A stretch of 64,000 nucleotides of DNA from Octopus vulgaris (Eukaryota), in contig OX597833.1 in the NCBI GenBank assembly GCA_951406725.2, forward strand, positions 6,882,001-6,946,000, given 5' to 3'. Both the position numbers and the translations under genes were made by a program. Under the pieces are notes generated by a model. That model was not told the DNA's origin, did not search any database, and saw only the letters and a program-made list of their open reading frames with translations. Positions 13,076 to 26,988 of the stretch are shown here, piece after piece; positions within the stretch are counted from its first letter, which is position 1, and each line of letters opens with the position of its first letter.

Positions 13076-13389
13076 CAGCTTCTGCAGAAAATCTGTAATG
13101 CGCATGCGTACACTATGATATGGGTTAACAAGATACGATATAATCTTTCTGTCTGCCTGGGTGTTTGGATAGGTATGGAGCGTGACCACACACACCACCA
13201 CCATATATATATATATGTGTATATATATATATAATGGTGTGTGTATATAAACCTATACTTGCCCACACATACTAACACAGAGCCACACTCACAAACACAG
13301 ACATGCAATGACACAGTGACATATATATTGTCACACGCAGTCTCATTCAATGATACGCACACTGCACACAGACACACAGACACACACAG

Positions 13390-13420
<31 letters not shown>

Positions 13421-13445
13421 GCACACAGACACACAGACACACACA

Positions 13446-13491
<46 letters not shown>

Positions 13492-13744
13492 TCTAATTCT
13501 ATCCTCTAGACTCCTTCTGTCAGTGATTTCCTCTACCTCCTCCCCCTCTCTCGACCCCGTTCTCCCACTACCCCACCCCACCCCCACACACCACACTGTT
13601 CCCTTTCTCCTCCTTTCTTTCCTTTCTCATTTTTCCCGCCTCTGCCACGCTTATTCTTTTAATATTTTACTAAATATTCCACCACTTGGAATTCAAAAGT
13701 TTCACCTTAACTCTTTCATTCCCCAGCCTTCTATTTGCTCTATC

Positions 13745-13782
13745 AGTTTATCTGTCTATTTATCTATATCATTCTTTTTATC

Positions 13783-13820
<38 letters not shown>

Positions 13821-13821
13821 G

Positions 13822-13890
<69 letters not shown>
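13745..13890. repeat. (TATC)n tetranucleotide microsatellite
   Basis: Direct reading. Confidence 0.97.
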
Positions 13891-13891
<1 letters not shown>

Positions 13892-14283
13892 GACTTCAAT
13901 AGTTGATTTTAAAAATCTTTCAAAACTAAAACTAATTTCGTCCATTCCTTCTGAGTAAATCTTTTCCCATCATTGGACTAATTCCATTCTTATTCTTAAT
14001 TCGTCGATGGAACCATACTAAATTCCATAAGTTACACTCTTATACGAGACTTTGGTAATTCTACAATTTCATTTGACTTTTTGCTAATTAACCCAAAGTG
14101 CTTCGTGAAGAATTCCTTACAGATCTTTGAGCTTTTGTTTAATACATTTGCATATTTTCTGCTGCTGTTGTTTGGCAGGTGCTGCTTGTCTGAGGTCGTA
14201 CAGCATTCAGACAATGTCTGCAGGGATCTCCAGACTCTCTCTCCACTCTTTTCATCTGAGATAGATTCTATTAGTTTCACTTA

Positions 14284-14664
14284 GTGGAGGCGCAATGGCC
14301 CAGTGGTTAGGGCAGCGGACTCGCGGTCATATGATCGCGGTTTCGATTCCCAGACCGGGCGTTGTGAGTGTTTATTGAGCGAAAACACCTAAAAGCTCCA
14401 CGAGACTCCGGCAGGGGATGGTGGTGATCCCTGCTGTACTCCTTCACCACAACTTTCCCTCACTCTTACTTCCTGTTTCTGTTGTACCTGTATTTCAAGG
14501 GGCCGGCCTTGTCACTCTCTGAATATCCCCGAGAACTACGTTAAGGGTACACGTGTCTGTGGAGTGCTCAGCCACTTACACGTTAATTTCACGAGCAGGT
14601 TGTTCCGTTGATTCGGATCAACCGGAACCCTCATCGTCGTAACCGACGGAGTGCTTCCACCACC
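14284..14664 (+). mobile_element. SINE family A, full-length, with TSD
   Basis: Matches 581-967; ATTAGTTTCACT (14270-14281) and ATTAATTTCACT (14665-14676) flank it. Confidence 0.93.
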
Positions 14665-14850
14665 ATTAATTTCACTATTTTTATGGAAATTTGCAGCTGA
14701 TGTTAAGATGTTGCACGTTTTAATGTCTTCGGATCAGATTCCCTCTACAGACCAGTCAAATATGATTAATTGGAACATCATATCACTACTGGCGCTGCAA
14801 ATGCATGACGGGATTTTTTCTTGGAGGAGGAGAAAACTCCGACTCTCTCT

Positions 14851-15241
14851 TTACTCTTTTACTCTTTTACTTGTTTCAGTCATTTGACTGCGGCCATGCT
14901 GAAGCACCGCCTTTAGTCGAGCAACTCGACCCCGGGACTTATTCTTTTTGTAAGCCCAGTACTTATTCTATCGGTCTCAGGGACGTAAACACACCAGCAT
15001 CGGTTGTCAAGCAATGCTAGGGGGGCAAACACAGACACACAAACACACACACACACACATATATATATACATATATACGACAGGCTTCTTTCAGTTTCCG
15101 TCTACCATATCCACTCACAAGGCTTTGGTCGGCCCGAGGCTATAGTAGAAGACACTTGCCCAAGGTTTCACGTAGTGGAACTGAACCCGGAACCATGTTG
15201 TTGGTAAACAAGCTACTTACCACACAGCCACTCCTGCGCCT
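14851..15241 (-). mobile_element. SINE family B
   Basis: Complete tail-microsatellite-head structure. Confidence 0.92.
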
Positions 15242-15767
15242 GCCATATTTTTTTTGAAGTTTTGTCACCTTATTCTTTGGCCACTCTATCTTAGTTCACA
15301 GCTCCTTTGTACGATATGTGATACCATGTTAAACTACCAAATATGGATTCAACTATCCAGCTCCCCACCTTCACCCTCATCAACTCTACACAACCATCAT
15401 CACCATCATTAAGACAACCATCAATACCACCACAACTGCAACCATCACCACCGCTAACACTACCACCAATTCTCTCTCTACCGCCAAGACATGGAATATA
15501 CCCTCCCCACTTGACCCTAAAAATGTGTGGGTGTGGAAGGAGAGCGAAGGGGTTAGTCTGTATGTCATCGAATAATTGATTCAGATTAAAATGGGGACAA
15601 ATGTCTTGCATTACATGTCGCTTTTTTTTTTTTTTTTTGGTAAAGGGACACCAGGGCCAGACCCGATCTCTGATTTTCTTTACTAACACTGTATGATTCT
15701 ATGTATGACTCCTTTAGCTTTAACCATTATAGATAGACAGACAGACAGACAGACAGATAGACAGATA

Positions 15768-16197
15768 TTACTTTTATTTGTTTCAGTCACTGGACTGCGG
15801 CCATGCTGGGGCACCGCCTTGAAGGGTTTTTGTCGAATAAACTGATCCCAGTATTTATTCTTCTTTTTAAAAAACCTGGAGGAATTTACTCTATAAGTCT
15901 CTTTTTGCCGAACCGCTAGTTTACAAGGGCTTAAACAAACCAGCACCGGTTGTCAAGCCTGTCGTATACATACACACACACATATATAAATATATATAAA
16001 TATATATATATGTGTGTGTGTATGTGTGTGTATGTGTGTGTATACGACAGGCCTTTTTCAGTTTCCAAACCGACGTACAAGGCTTTCGTCGATCTGAGTG
16101 TATAGTAGAAAGCACTTACCCGAGGTACCACGCAGTGCGACTGAACCCAGAACCATGTGGCTGGGAAGCAAACCTTTTGCCACACAGCCACGCCTGC
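15768..16197 (-). mobile_element. SINE family B (older copy)
   Basis: Tail, internal (CA/TA/TG)n and head. Confidence 0.88.
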
Positions 16198-16201
16198 ATT
16201 T

Positions 16202-16700
<499 letters not shown>

Positions 16701-16756
16701 TGCTACGATTCCGTATTGCTACTATTTATATATCGCTCAGAGATTTAATATAGTGT

Positions 16757-16842
<86 letters not shown>

Positions 16843-16844
16843 TA

Positions 16845-18030
16845 CGTATGTGCCGTCTGCAAAGCAAACTTGGCATGCCGTGACTACTAATGCGCAGACT
16901 CGCGCTAAGGTTATACCACTTGCTGGTTTTCTTGGACGGTGAACAGGTGTGGTCTCCGTGTGTAAGTTTCGTCTTTCAGCAAGACGTGTCTTTGATAAAG
17001 CTGTAGTTCTGTGTCAACAGAAGACCAAGTTTAAGCACCTGGCACCTGACACCTGGCACTACCATCAGATGCTAACCGTTTTCTACAAGAGGGGCAATGA
17101 GGTCGATAGAAATTCCACTTTAGAATGTACACAACTAGTGACATCTAAGTGCGTTGACATTTTCGGGGTAATTCTGGGTGGTGACGAGGACGAACTTGTT
17201 AGTCTGTTTCGGGTGGTTTTCAAACCGTGGACAACAACAGTTAACTTCCAGAAATGTCTGGCCTGGCAGCACTGACGCGAAGCATTGCTGGTCCGAGATA
17301 AACTCTATTGGCATCGGGATGCTGCCAAGCATGACTGCCCGAGATGCGAGCAGAGTGACGAAACCACACTGCACGCATTTGTGAGGTGTGTCGGATTATT
17401 GCTGACTTGTGGAATTATGTCGCGGGCAGGATGAATCCAGTTATCAACCAAGTCCATCGTGAGGTTCGCCCCCACCACCTGCCAATAACAAGGTGTGACA
17501 AGCGGTGTTCTTCTTTCTAGTGGTGATGGAGAAAGTAGTTGATGGTGAACAAGGTTGAAACGATTAGGGACAGACTCTTTTCTCTTCAGTCCACGCCTCA
17601 TCCGCTTTTTTAAGTCACACTTGGAAAAAAAAACGAGGTGGGGGAAAGGAAGTGTTAACCCTCAGTGAATTTGTGAAAAAGGTTGGTGGTTGTGGGAACA
17701 TAGCTAGGATGAACGGCCCTTCTCTAAGCATGCAGCTGTAGATTGAAGACCAACATTTGAGCGAGGGTCCGTGCCCTGTGGCCAGAGTGATCTTAGATCA
17801 GTGGGATTCCTTAGCTGGCCCTAAAAGGAGGCTACATTATATCAGGAGGACTGCATTTATAGATGTGTTCATATATTTTGTAAACCATACGTGTGTTTTT
17901 TTATCTCATGTCACCCTCCTCTCCTTCTCTTCACCTCATCTGTTATGGAAACCTTCACACAAATTCTAAACTATTCTGACGACAAACCCCTCATTCGATA
18001 CCCCAGGGGCAAAATAAGAGAAATCCATAT
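16845..18030 (+). mobile_element. Decayed L1/Tx1-type LINE 3' fragment
   Basis: 17333-17389 translates DCPRCEQSDETTLHAFVRC, the CCHC knuckle typical of L1/Tx1 ORF2 C-termini; the surrounding frames are broken. Confidence 0.75.
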
Positions 18031-18516
18031 TATTATTGTTATGGCTGTTGTTCCTATTGTGATTGCTATTTCTGATGTTGTTGCTATTGTTGTCGTCTAT
18101 AGTGGGATCTGACGGGGACACTGAATACTCGGCTTCAATTTCATCATAATGTTTTACTACTACTGCTGCTACTGCTGCTGCTGCTACTACTGCTACTACT
18201 GCTGCTGCTACTGCTGCTACTGCTACTACTACTGCTGCTACTGCTACTACTACTGCTGCTAATGTAGTAAGAGTACTACTTATTGTTGTTCATGTAACGC
18301 CACTAGACACCACCTTCCCCACTCCTCTTCACCCTTGTTCACCCCCCCTCTCCACCTCCTTCTTCTCTATTTCTCCATCTCCTGCTACACCCCCCACTTC
18401 AACCGTAGAAAGTCCAAAATTCACGTACGGTCTGTTCATTCAAGACCAACATTGAAAGTCAACATGGATGTCTACCTACTTACCTATCTCCTTATCTATC
18501 TATTTATATATTTGTC

Positions 18517-18566
<50 letters not shown>

Positions 18567-18696
18567 TATATAAACGTTTATTCTATTATTCTTGTACTTG
18601 TTTCAGTGTGTGTATACAGGCGCGAACGCACACAACTTGCCCAATGTTACTGCACATGTGGTTTCCACACGAAATCGCGACTTCTGTCCTCCAGCC

Positions 18697-18731
<35 letters not shown>

Positions 18732-19249
18732 CACCACACCCCACCAACCAATTCCACCAGAAACGCCAGCAGAAAAAATACCTTCCGGTTCCGGTTGAAC
18801 AAATTGATGTTTAATGTTAGAGGGTGATAACAGTGTGTATAATTGCCGCCGCTGCCGCAGAATAAACCATTTCCTGTCTGAATTCCTCTCTTAATAATGG
18901 TTCGGAATCAGCCACTGACAAATTATACGCTGGTTCTTTAAGAATTCACAGTCAACGGATGGTTATGTCTTTGTAGTTTGAGACTTCAGTCTCAGCTTGA
19001 TTAAAGCGATGTGGTGGTGTTCAGTTCATCTCCCCATCCAGATGAGATCGATGACTTGAAGAGGAGGCTGTGATGCTGTACCCTATCATCGCATCATCAC
19101 CTTCTAGATGTGTTAATGTCATTAACTGTCTCGACCCACAACACTAACACAACCTTACATTTTGGCTTTTAAACCAAGAATTACGAAATTAATTCCGTCT
19201 TCTCTATATCGCGTCTCCTATCTTGACGAAAACTTACACAGAACTTACA

Positions 19250-19632
19250 CAGGCGCAGGAGTGGCTGTGTGGTAAGTAGCTTGCTAAACAACCACATGGT
19301 TCCGGGTTCAGTCCCACTGCGTGGCATCTTGGGCAAGTGTCTTCTGCTATAGCCCTGCCTTGTGAGTGGATTTGGCAGGCGGAAACTGAAAGAAGCCTGT
19401 CGTATATATGTATATATATGTATGTGTGTGTGTGTGTGTTTGTGTGTCTGTGTTTGTCCCCCTAGCATTGCTTGACAACCGATGCTGGTGTGTTTACGTC
19501 CCTGTCACTTAGCGGTTCGGCAAAAGAGACTGATAGAATAAGTACAGGGCTTACAAAAAGAATAAGTCCCGGGGTCGATTTGCTCGACTAAAGGCGGTGC
19601 TCCAGCATGGCCGCAGTCAAATGAGTAAAGAG
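19250..19632 (+). mobile_element. SINE family B, full-length
   Basis: AGGCGCAGGAGTGGCTGTGTGG head to CATGGCCGCAGTCAAATGA tail. Confidence 0.93.
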
Positions 19633-19689
19633 AACTGCCACCTTTAACATTGGTTAATTTTTCAATGATGTTTTTTTTTCTCATTTCGC

Positions 19690-19775
<86 letters not shown>

Positions 19776-21400
19776 TTCCTGATTCCTCGCCAGTTGTTGC
19801 TGCTGTTTTTATCATCAAAATCTCCCCGATTTTCCTGCTTTCATATTTAATTACTTTCTTATCTCAACAGCAAATGGCCCTACATCCCTGTTCTTGTCAT
19901 GTTCCTTTAACTACTCTTTGCAATCTCCTCTAATTTTCAATGAGGCATTGCTTAAAACAAAAACAAAAACCCTTTCCAATAATTATTCTGAACTTGATTT
20001 ACACAATTTCACTTCATTTAATGAATCCCAGAACAAATATTTTATTTTCGTTTTTATTTTTCGCCAAAACAAATTTTGTCAATTTTTTCGTGTTTTCTTC
20101 TTTTGTTTTGTTTTGCTTCTGTCTGTAGCTTTAATTAACTTACTTTACAATTTATTTAAAGTCGAGTTAATTAGTAGAGCTACTAATGGGATTATATTAA
20201 TTACATTTTACTTGTTCCTGACACTGAGTTCCGTTCCCGATGCCAATTAAACAGAAAAATCCCCCATCACCATTTATTTGACAAAAAAAAAGAATTTATT
20301 GCTCATTGTGTATAATGAAAATAGTCAATAAAATGTAGGGTCCGATTCCAAGAACCCTAATTAAATATATGTACGAGGGATTTTTCTCTCGTTTTTTTGT
20401 TCTTTTGTTTCGTTGTCTTTGGTACATTTCTAATCTTCTGTGTTCAGACAAATGTTTTACACAGAATTCTTAGTCTCTGTGGAGGAGCAGAGAGTGACTT
20501 AATTGGCCTTCACCCTAACACATACTGAATTGCACTTATCCACCCGTACACACCCGTATATACAGACATTTATCTATGTAATTGTGTGTACGTGTGTGCG
20601 CTTTGGTGTACATGTGCGTGTGTGCGTTTATGTGTGCGTGAGTGTGTTTGCATGTGTATATGTATACATTTTTGCTTAACAAGATGGCCGAGGTGTTACC
20701 ATTACTTAAACTACGATTGAATAATTGCGAACACATTCGCATGAAACCTTCGCTATCGAATTAAAAACAATCTACTGTCAAAACAAATTACACAGGCAAC
20801 AATGCGATTTGGTTACTATTTCTCAAAAATCCGGTGACCACATTGAAGCATCTTGTTGTTAGTAGAGAGGAATTAAACTAACGCCATTACATGTTTCACA
20901 TTTTACTTATTAATTATTTGTTTATAATGTTTTACTTTAACATTTTATTCTAATTTGAAAACAAGGACGAAAAAAGAACGGACAAGGTTACACAAATACA
21001 ATAAAAATAATAATAGGACATAACAACAGGTGTCTTTCGACTAAGGACGAATTAAATTAAGCTGGCGCGTGCGGAAAGGAAGCCTTACGGCAGGGATACA
21101 AAATTTCACAAACACATGCAGGAATATCGATGTTGCTCGGACAATGTTTTTGTATACATTCGCTGCTTTCTTCCAAGGAATCTAATGCTCTTAGCTTACT
21201 TTTTCCTTGGGGCTCACCAGATTGGAGCAATCTCGAGTATAATCAGCCGAAATTGTGAAGATAATCTGGTACTTGACTGAGGAAAGAAAACTTCGAATGA
21301 CCCGTCCTTGTTTTCTTTGTATCATCTATCTGGATGTTTTCTGATCTTATTTTTATATCACCTAACGGTCCGGATGTTTCATGTACTTGTCCCATTTTGG

Positions 21401-21445
<45 letters not shown>

Positions 21446-21454
21446 ACATATATT

Positions 21455-21526
<72 letters not shown>

Positions 21527-21806
21527 CATACATATGTATGTATGCATATATTTATATATTATATATATTTATATATATATGTATATTATATATATATATA
21601 AATATGTATATATATATGTATATAAATATATGTGGACATATATATATATATATATATATATACATATGTATGCATATATTTATATGTATTTATATATATA
21701 TGTATATTATATATATATATAGTTATGTACATATATATGTGGACATATATGTATATATATATATATATATATAATACCATGTCGTATAACAAAACCATTC
21801 GCACCG

Positions 21807-21884
<78 letters not shown>

Positions 21885-21885
21885 T

Positions 21886-21960
<75 letters not shown>

Positions 21961-22093
21961 TATTCATCATCATATATATGATGGACTCCATTCTGGTCTT
22001 TTCATTCCTAAGCACCGCTTTGGTTTATGGCGCTATCAACTCCACCGAATTGCATGATACTGACTAAGTGTCGAAACCAACATGGTAGCTTTT

Positions 22094-22160
22094 TGACAGC
22101 TGAAGATGCAATGTATACATTTGACATGATTATATGTGTGCGTTGTATCTTGTGCTCTCA
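22094..22160 (+). ncRNA. Candidate pre-miRNA-like hairpin
   Basis: AAGAUGCAAUGUAUACAU (22103-22120) pairs fully with AUGUGUGCGUUGUAUCUU (22134-22151); all 4 non-Watson-Crick pairs are G-U on +; lower stem UGA-C-AGC / GCU-C-UCA. Confidence 0.4.
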
Positions 22161-22908
22161 CTGTTTCAGAATTATTCTACATAAAGTTTATAGTTCTATT
22201 AAGGGTTGAAATTGTTTGAGGAGTCTATAGTTTATGGAGGCTTGTTGCATGCACGCGCGCACGCACTCACACACATATATATGTATACATATATTTGTGC
22301 AGATATACATAGACATATGTACATATTCCAAGATTAAAGAGAGCAAAAACCAAAGAGGATTCAAGATGACTCATTTTCTATTATTGCTTTGTCTTGGGAA
22401 AGGTTGTGCCCATGATACTTCTCAGGGTCTTCAATATTGGCAGAAAGTGAGTAAGAGAGTTATCCTGAAACTAGACAACTAAGATGCTTATAACAGAACG
22501 ACTTCAACTAAAAGGACCCACGGGCCATCTTGTGTTGCTAGACCAGCAACCAAATTAAAGCAATTGTTCAGAAGTTATGGTGAGAATAACTATACTTTTA
22601 GAGATGTTATGCTTTTACCAGACTTTGTGCTTTCGTTAATCACAAAGCTCGTCAGAAACTAATTCTATTAGTACCTTCTCATAAACAATTTGAATAGCTA
22701 AAAGCATTGACACTTTACTGATACCAACGAATCTACGAATGTATGTGTGTGTTTTCGCGTGTGTGTGTGTGCGCGTGTGTGTTTGTGCACGTGTGTGTGT
22801 GCGCACGTGTGCGTGCATGTTTGATTATGTTGTTGTGTGTAGGTGTACAGGTGTGTGAGCATGAAGGTATGTGTGTGTACATGTGTATACATACAAACAT
22901 ACACACAC

Positions 22909-22978
<70 letters not shown>

Positions 22979-22989
22979 AATTAATGCAA

Positions 22990-23038
<49 letters not shown>

Positions 23039-23616
23039 CATATGAATATGTATAGGTAGGTCGATAATTAAATTGATATGTCAATAAATAGATTTGTGTG
23101 TGTGTTTATAACCACTCATGTGTATGTTTGTGAATGGATGAATGGATAAATGTATGTAATATGTATGTCTGCTGCTCCCTCCGTCTGTGTCAATTTGCGG
23201 TTGTATGTGTGAGTATATACATACATGCATACATACACACACACACACAAACACACACACATGTATAATCCATACAGGCTCTACAACAGTGACTCAAGAG
23301 AAGTCTAAAAATCTGCAAGGATTTCATTTCAACGATCCATTACGAAAAGTTCTCCCTAAAGTCAACAAATTCCTAAAAATAGTCGCCATTCGAAACCGAA
23401 GGAAGAAGGAGGAGGCTTTGATAAGTCGGAGCGTGTGTAGGTGGCGGAGGTGGTGGAGGCGGCGGCGGTGGTGGTGGTGGTGCTGGTGGAGATGTCTTGG
23501 ACGTTAACACCAGATTCTTTACACCAGACTAATGGTCCAATGAGAATTCCATTACTTATATATCTCTCTATTCCACTGGATTAGATATACATATGCGATT
23601 GTGTGTGTGTGTGCCT

Positions 23617-23654
<38 letters not shown>

Positions 23655-23683
23655 CACATACATACATACACACACATACACAC

Positions 23684-23773
<90 letters not shown>

Positions 23774-23851
23774 CATACATACATATATATATAGTATATA
23801 TATATATACATACATATATATATATATACATACATATATATATATACATAC

Positions 23852-23995
<144 letters not shown>

Positions 23996-24330
23996 GTGTG
24001 TGTGTATATATGTATATGTATATATATATTATGTATATATATATTATGTATATATAATTTTCTCATTAGACTTATTTGATTATTTTTAATTATTTTTATT
24101 TATATTAGTGTTTATTAGATATTACCGTTGTTGTTGTTGTTGTTGTTATTTTTTAACTAATTTTCTTCTCTCGCATGTCTAGGTATTCATTTTACTGTTG
24201 TTGTTGTTTTTGTTGTTGTTGTTGCCATTGGTTAACTAATCGTCAGGAGGAAGGTTTGCATTAGTTACGTCTGGTTTGGTGTATCTTTTGTCCTACAGTT
24301 TCTCCCCGTCTATCTTTCTCTCTTTCCTAA

Positions 24331-24361
<31 letters not shown>

Positions 24362-24439
24362 TCTATTTCTCTTTCTCCCTCCCCCTCTCTTTCCCCCCCT
24401 CTTTGTTTTTATTCCATTTTCATTAATTCATTACTCATG

Positions 24440-24935
24440 AGTGATTGCGATGATAGCGGAGGTGGTGGTGGTAGGGGTGATATTATTCTTGTTGTTGTTG
24501 TTCGTGGCGGTGGGGTGACTGTGAGTGGTGATGCGGGTGGCAGGGTGGTTGGCTTTCGGGGTGGTAATTATAGTGGTGAGGGTGGTGCTGGTGCTGGTTG
24601 CGATGGCAATGATGATTTTTGTGTTGGTGGCATCGGCGACGATGTTGATATTCGCAGTGGTCGTAGTGACTTTGGTTATGGTGGTGGTGGTGGTGGTGGT
24701 GGTGGTGGTAGTGGTAGCAGTGGTGGTGGCGGCGGTGGTGGTTATGGTGGTGGTGGTGGTGGTGGTGGTGGTGGTGGTAATGGTGGTGGTGGTGGTAGTA
24801 GTGGTGGTGATGGTGGCGGTAGTGATGGTGGTGGTGGTGATGGTGAAGAGGCGGGGGAGGTTGTAGTTGTACAGCGCCACCACCACCACCACCATCAACG
24901 CCACCTTCATCACCGTCGCCACCGCCGCCACCATC
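24440..24935. repeat. (GGT/GAT)-rich low-complexity tract switching to (CAC)
   Basis: Direct reading; source of the Gly/Val/Thr/His-rich ORFs. Confidence 0.93.
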
Positions 24936-25339
24936 ATAAAGGACTATGGAAAACAAAAACGACGGATCCAAAGTAGAGAGAGTGTATGATTCCAGGTTCG
25001 AATCCAGGCAATATTGCATTTGTCATTCGAAATGTCACGCACAAGATATTAGTACCAGTAATATAATATGTCAGGAAAGGAGTACTGTGCAGCGGAACCA
25101 AAAGAATACTTTGTGGTATTTTCATACGTCCATTTACACCCCTGAATTCGAACCCCGCCGACGTCAACCTCGCCAACTCTGAACTGCTTTGCGGTCCTCA
25201 GTTCAAATACTGCAGAAGCCAACTGGTTCTTTCACCCCTCCTCGGTCGATAAAAAAAAGTATCAGTTGCACACTGAGGTCTATAAAATTGACAAGCCCTC
25301 TAGCCAAACATTTCATGCCTTGTCCCTTTAGTAGAAACA

Positions 25340-25384
<45 letters not shown>

Positions 25385-25484
25385 GCCTTTGCACAGCTTC
25401 TAACACTGTTCACTACCAGTGAACTAAGGTAACACACCTTATTTTTCGAGCACCTTCCGGATTATTATTATTATTATTATTATT

Positions 25485-25558
<74 letters not shown>

Positions 25559-25559
25559 A

Positions 25560-26450
25560 TGAAAACTCTCAGCTTATTCTGCTGGGTATGATGGAAAGTG
25601 TCAGCTGTCCACAGTCAGCAGACTAAGGTGACCCTTGTTTACTGATCATGCTTCAAGAACCCTGTGAAGAACTCTTGCAGTTCCAAGCAATGCTGCTTTT
25701 TGTAGGTGTTCCACTTGCATCGATCTTTTTCAGCCACGTTGGTAGCTGAGTGCTGATACTTCCAAGTGCACCAATTACGATTGGTATCACGTCTACTCTC
25801 CTCATCCTTCGTATTTCACATTCCAAAGCGTCATAGTTATCCAGTTTTTCTACTTTTTCTTTGATCCTGTTGTCACTGGGACATGCTATGTCGATTATCA
25901 TGCAAGTTGTCCAATTTCCGATAATTAGTCAGGTTATCGCACTGAATTATTGCTTCCCACAGGATTTTGCAATCCTCATTTCGGTGTCTCTTTCTGGGAT
26001 GTTCTCATACCTCCGTGTTTACTCTTTGTAGGCCGTGATTTCCACAGAGTTCTCAATGGAATCTTCCGTGCCACACTGTCATGTCGTCTTTTGTAACCGC
26101 GTTGTGCCAATTTCAGGCCTTCGCTAACGATGTGCCATACCGCTTCACCCCTCTCACCACGCGTTCTGCATTTGTCGCTGTCGGTAGTATTGTTGGTTCT
26201 GCACTTCACTTCTTGTACTGCGTATATAAGTACGATCTTCCGGTTACTCCTCACACACCGATGTTCTGTGTCTGTCTTGGAGTTCTTATCTCTTGCAAAG
26301 TGACCAAACATTTTTCTCCTTCTAAGTTTCTTTTTCTTTTCTTTTGTGTTTTCTTCCTTTGTGTTTTATTTTTCCCCTCTTTACACAATTCTCAGTTTTA
26401 AAGACCCCGGCCGGACTCTTTCACATGTTCCAACAATGGTTCCACGATAT
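25560..26450 (-). mobile_element. Decayed R4/Dong-type non-LTR retrotransposon (RLE domain) 3' part
   Basis: CRTRGERGEAVWHIVSEGLKLAQRGYKRRHDSVARKI and IIDIACPSD..IKEK.EKL..Y..L...IRR...V.VIPIVIGALG; 3' end abuts (ATC)n/(ATT)n. Confidence 0.88.
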
Positions 26451-26776
26451 GTTTTACAGAACACCTTAAGCTGTTTTCCTCTGCTTCGATACAATCCTGG
26501 CCACGGATCAAACCTCTCCTACCCTTTCTTCTGGACAAGTGCAGCCTATCGGTGTCACTCTTATGGTGGAAGGCTGGTCAATGGCAAACGTGATAGAGCG
26601 GAAAAGAAAATATACTTCAGTTTTTGATTTCACTTTCTTTACGTCCCGAGTTCAAATCTCGCCGGAGAAACTTTGTCATTCAACATTCCTGGTTCACTAA
26701 AATAGATACTAGATGGATTATTAAGGTGGTATTTAATCGCCTGTGCTTCTTCCTGACATCCTCTTCAATACACACG

Positions 26777-26808
<32 letters not shown>

Positions 26809-26888
26809 CACACACATACATAAACACACACTCGCACATACATACATACAGGCATACATATATGCAGACAGACATACAGACATATATA

Positions 26889-26958
<70 letters not shown>

Positions 26959-26988
26959 CACACGCACATATATATATATATGTATATA

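Noticed and set aside
13890-14820. Possible ancient RT remnant around the SINE A insertion (KFAADVK)
   Set aside because: A single weak motif; cannot be supported by eye
21275-21310. CTGAGGA-AAG..CTT-CGAA possible hammerhead
   Set aside because: GAAT rather than GAAA, and no stem III/I pairing
21440-21760. Inverted GTCCACATATATTTATATAC copies within a TA tract
   Set aside because: Slippage or inversion inside self-complementary TA sequence, possibly an assembly artefact
24437-24976. Gly/His-rich 179-aa ORF resembling a structural (cuticle- or beak-like) protein
   Set aside because: Degenerate (GGT)n/(CAC)n tract, equally open in other frames; no signal peptide or splice support
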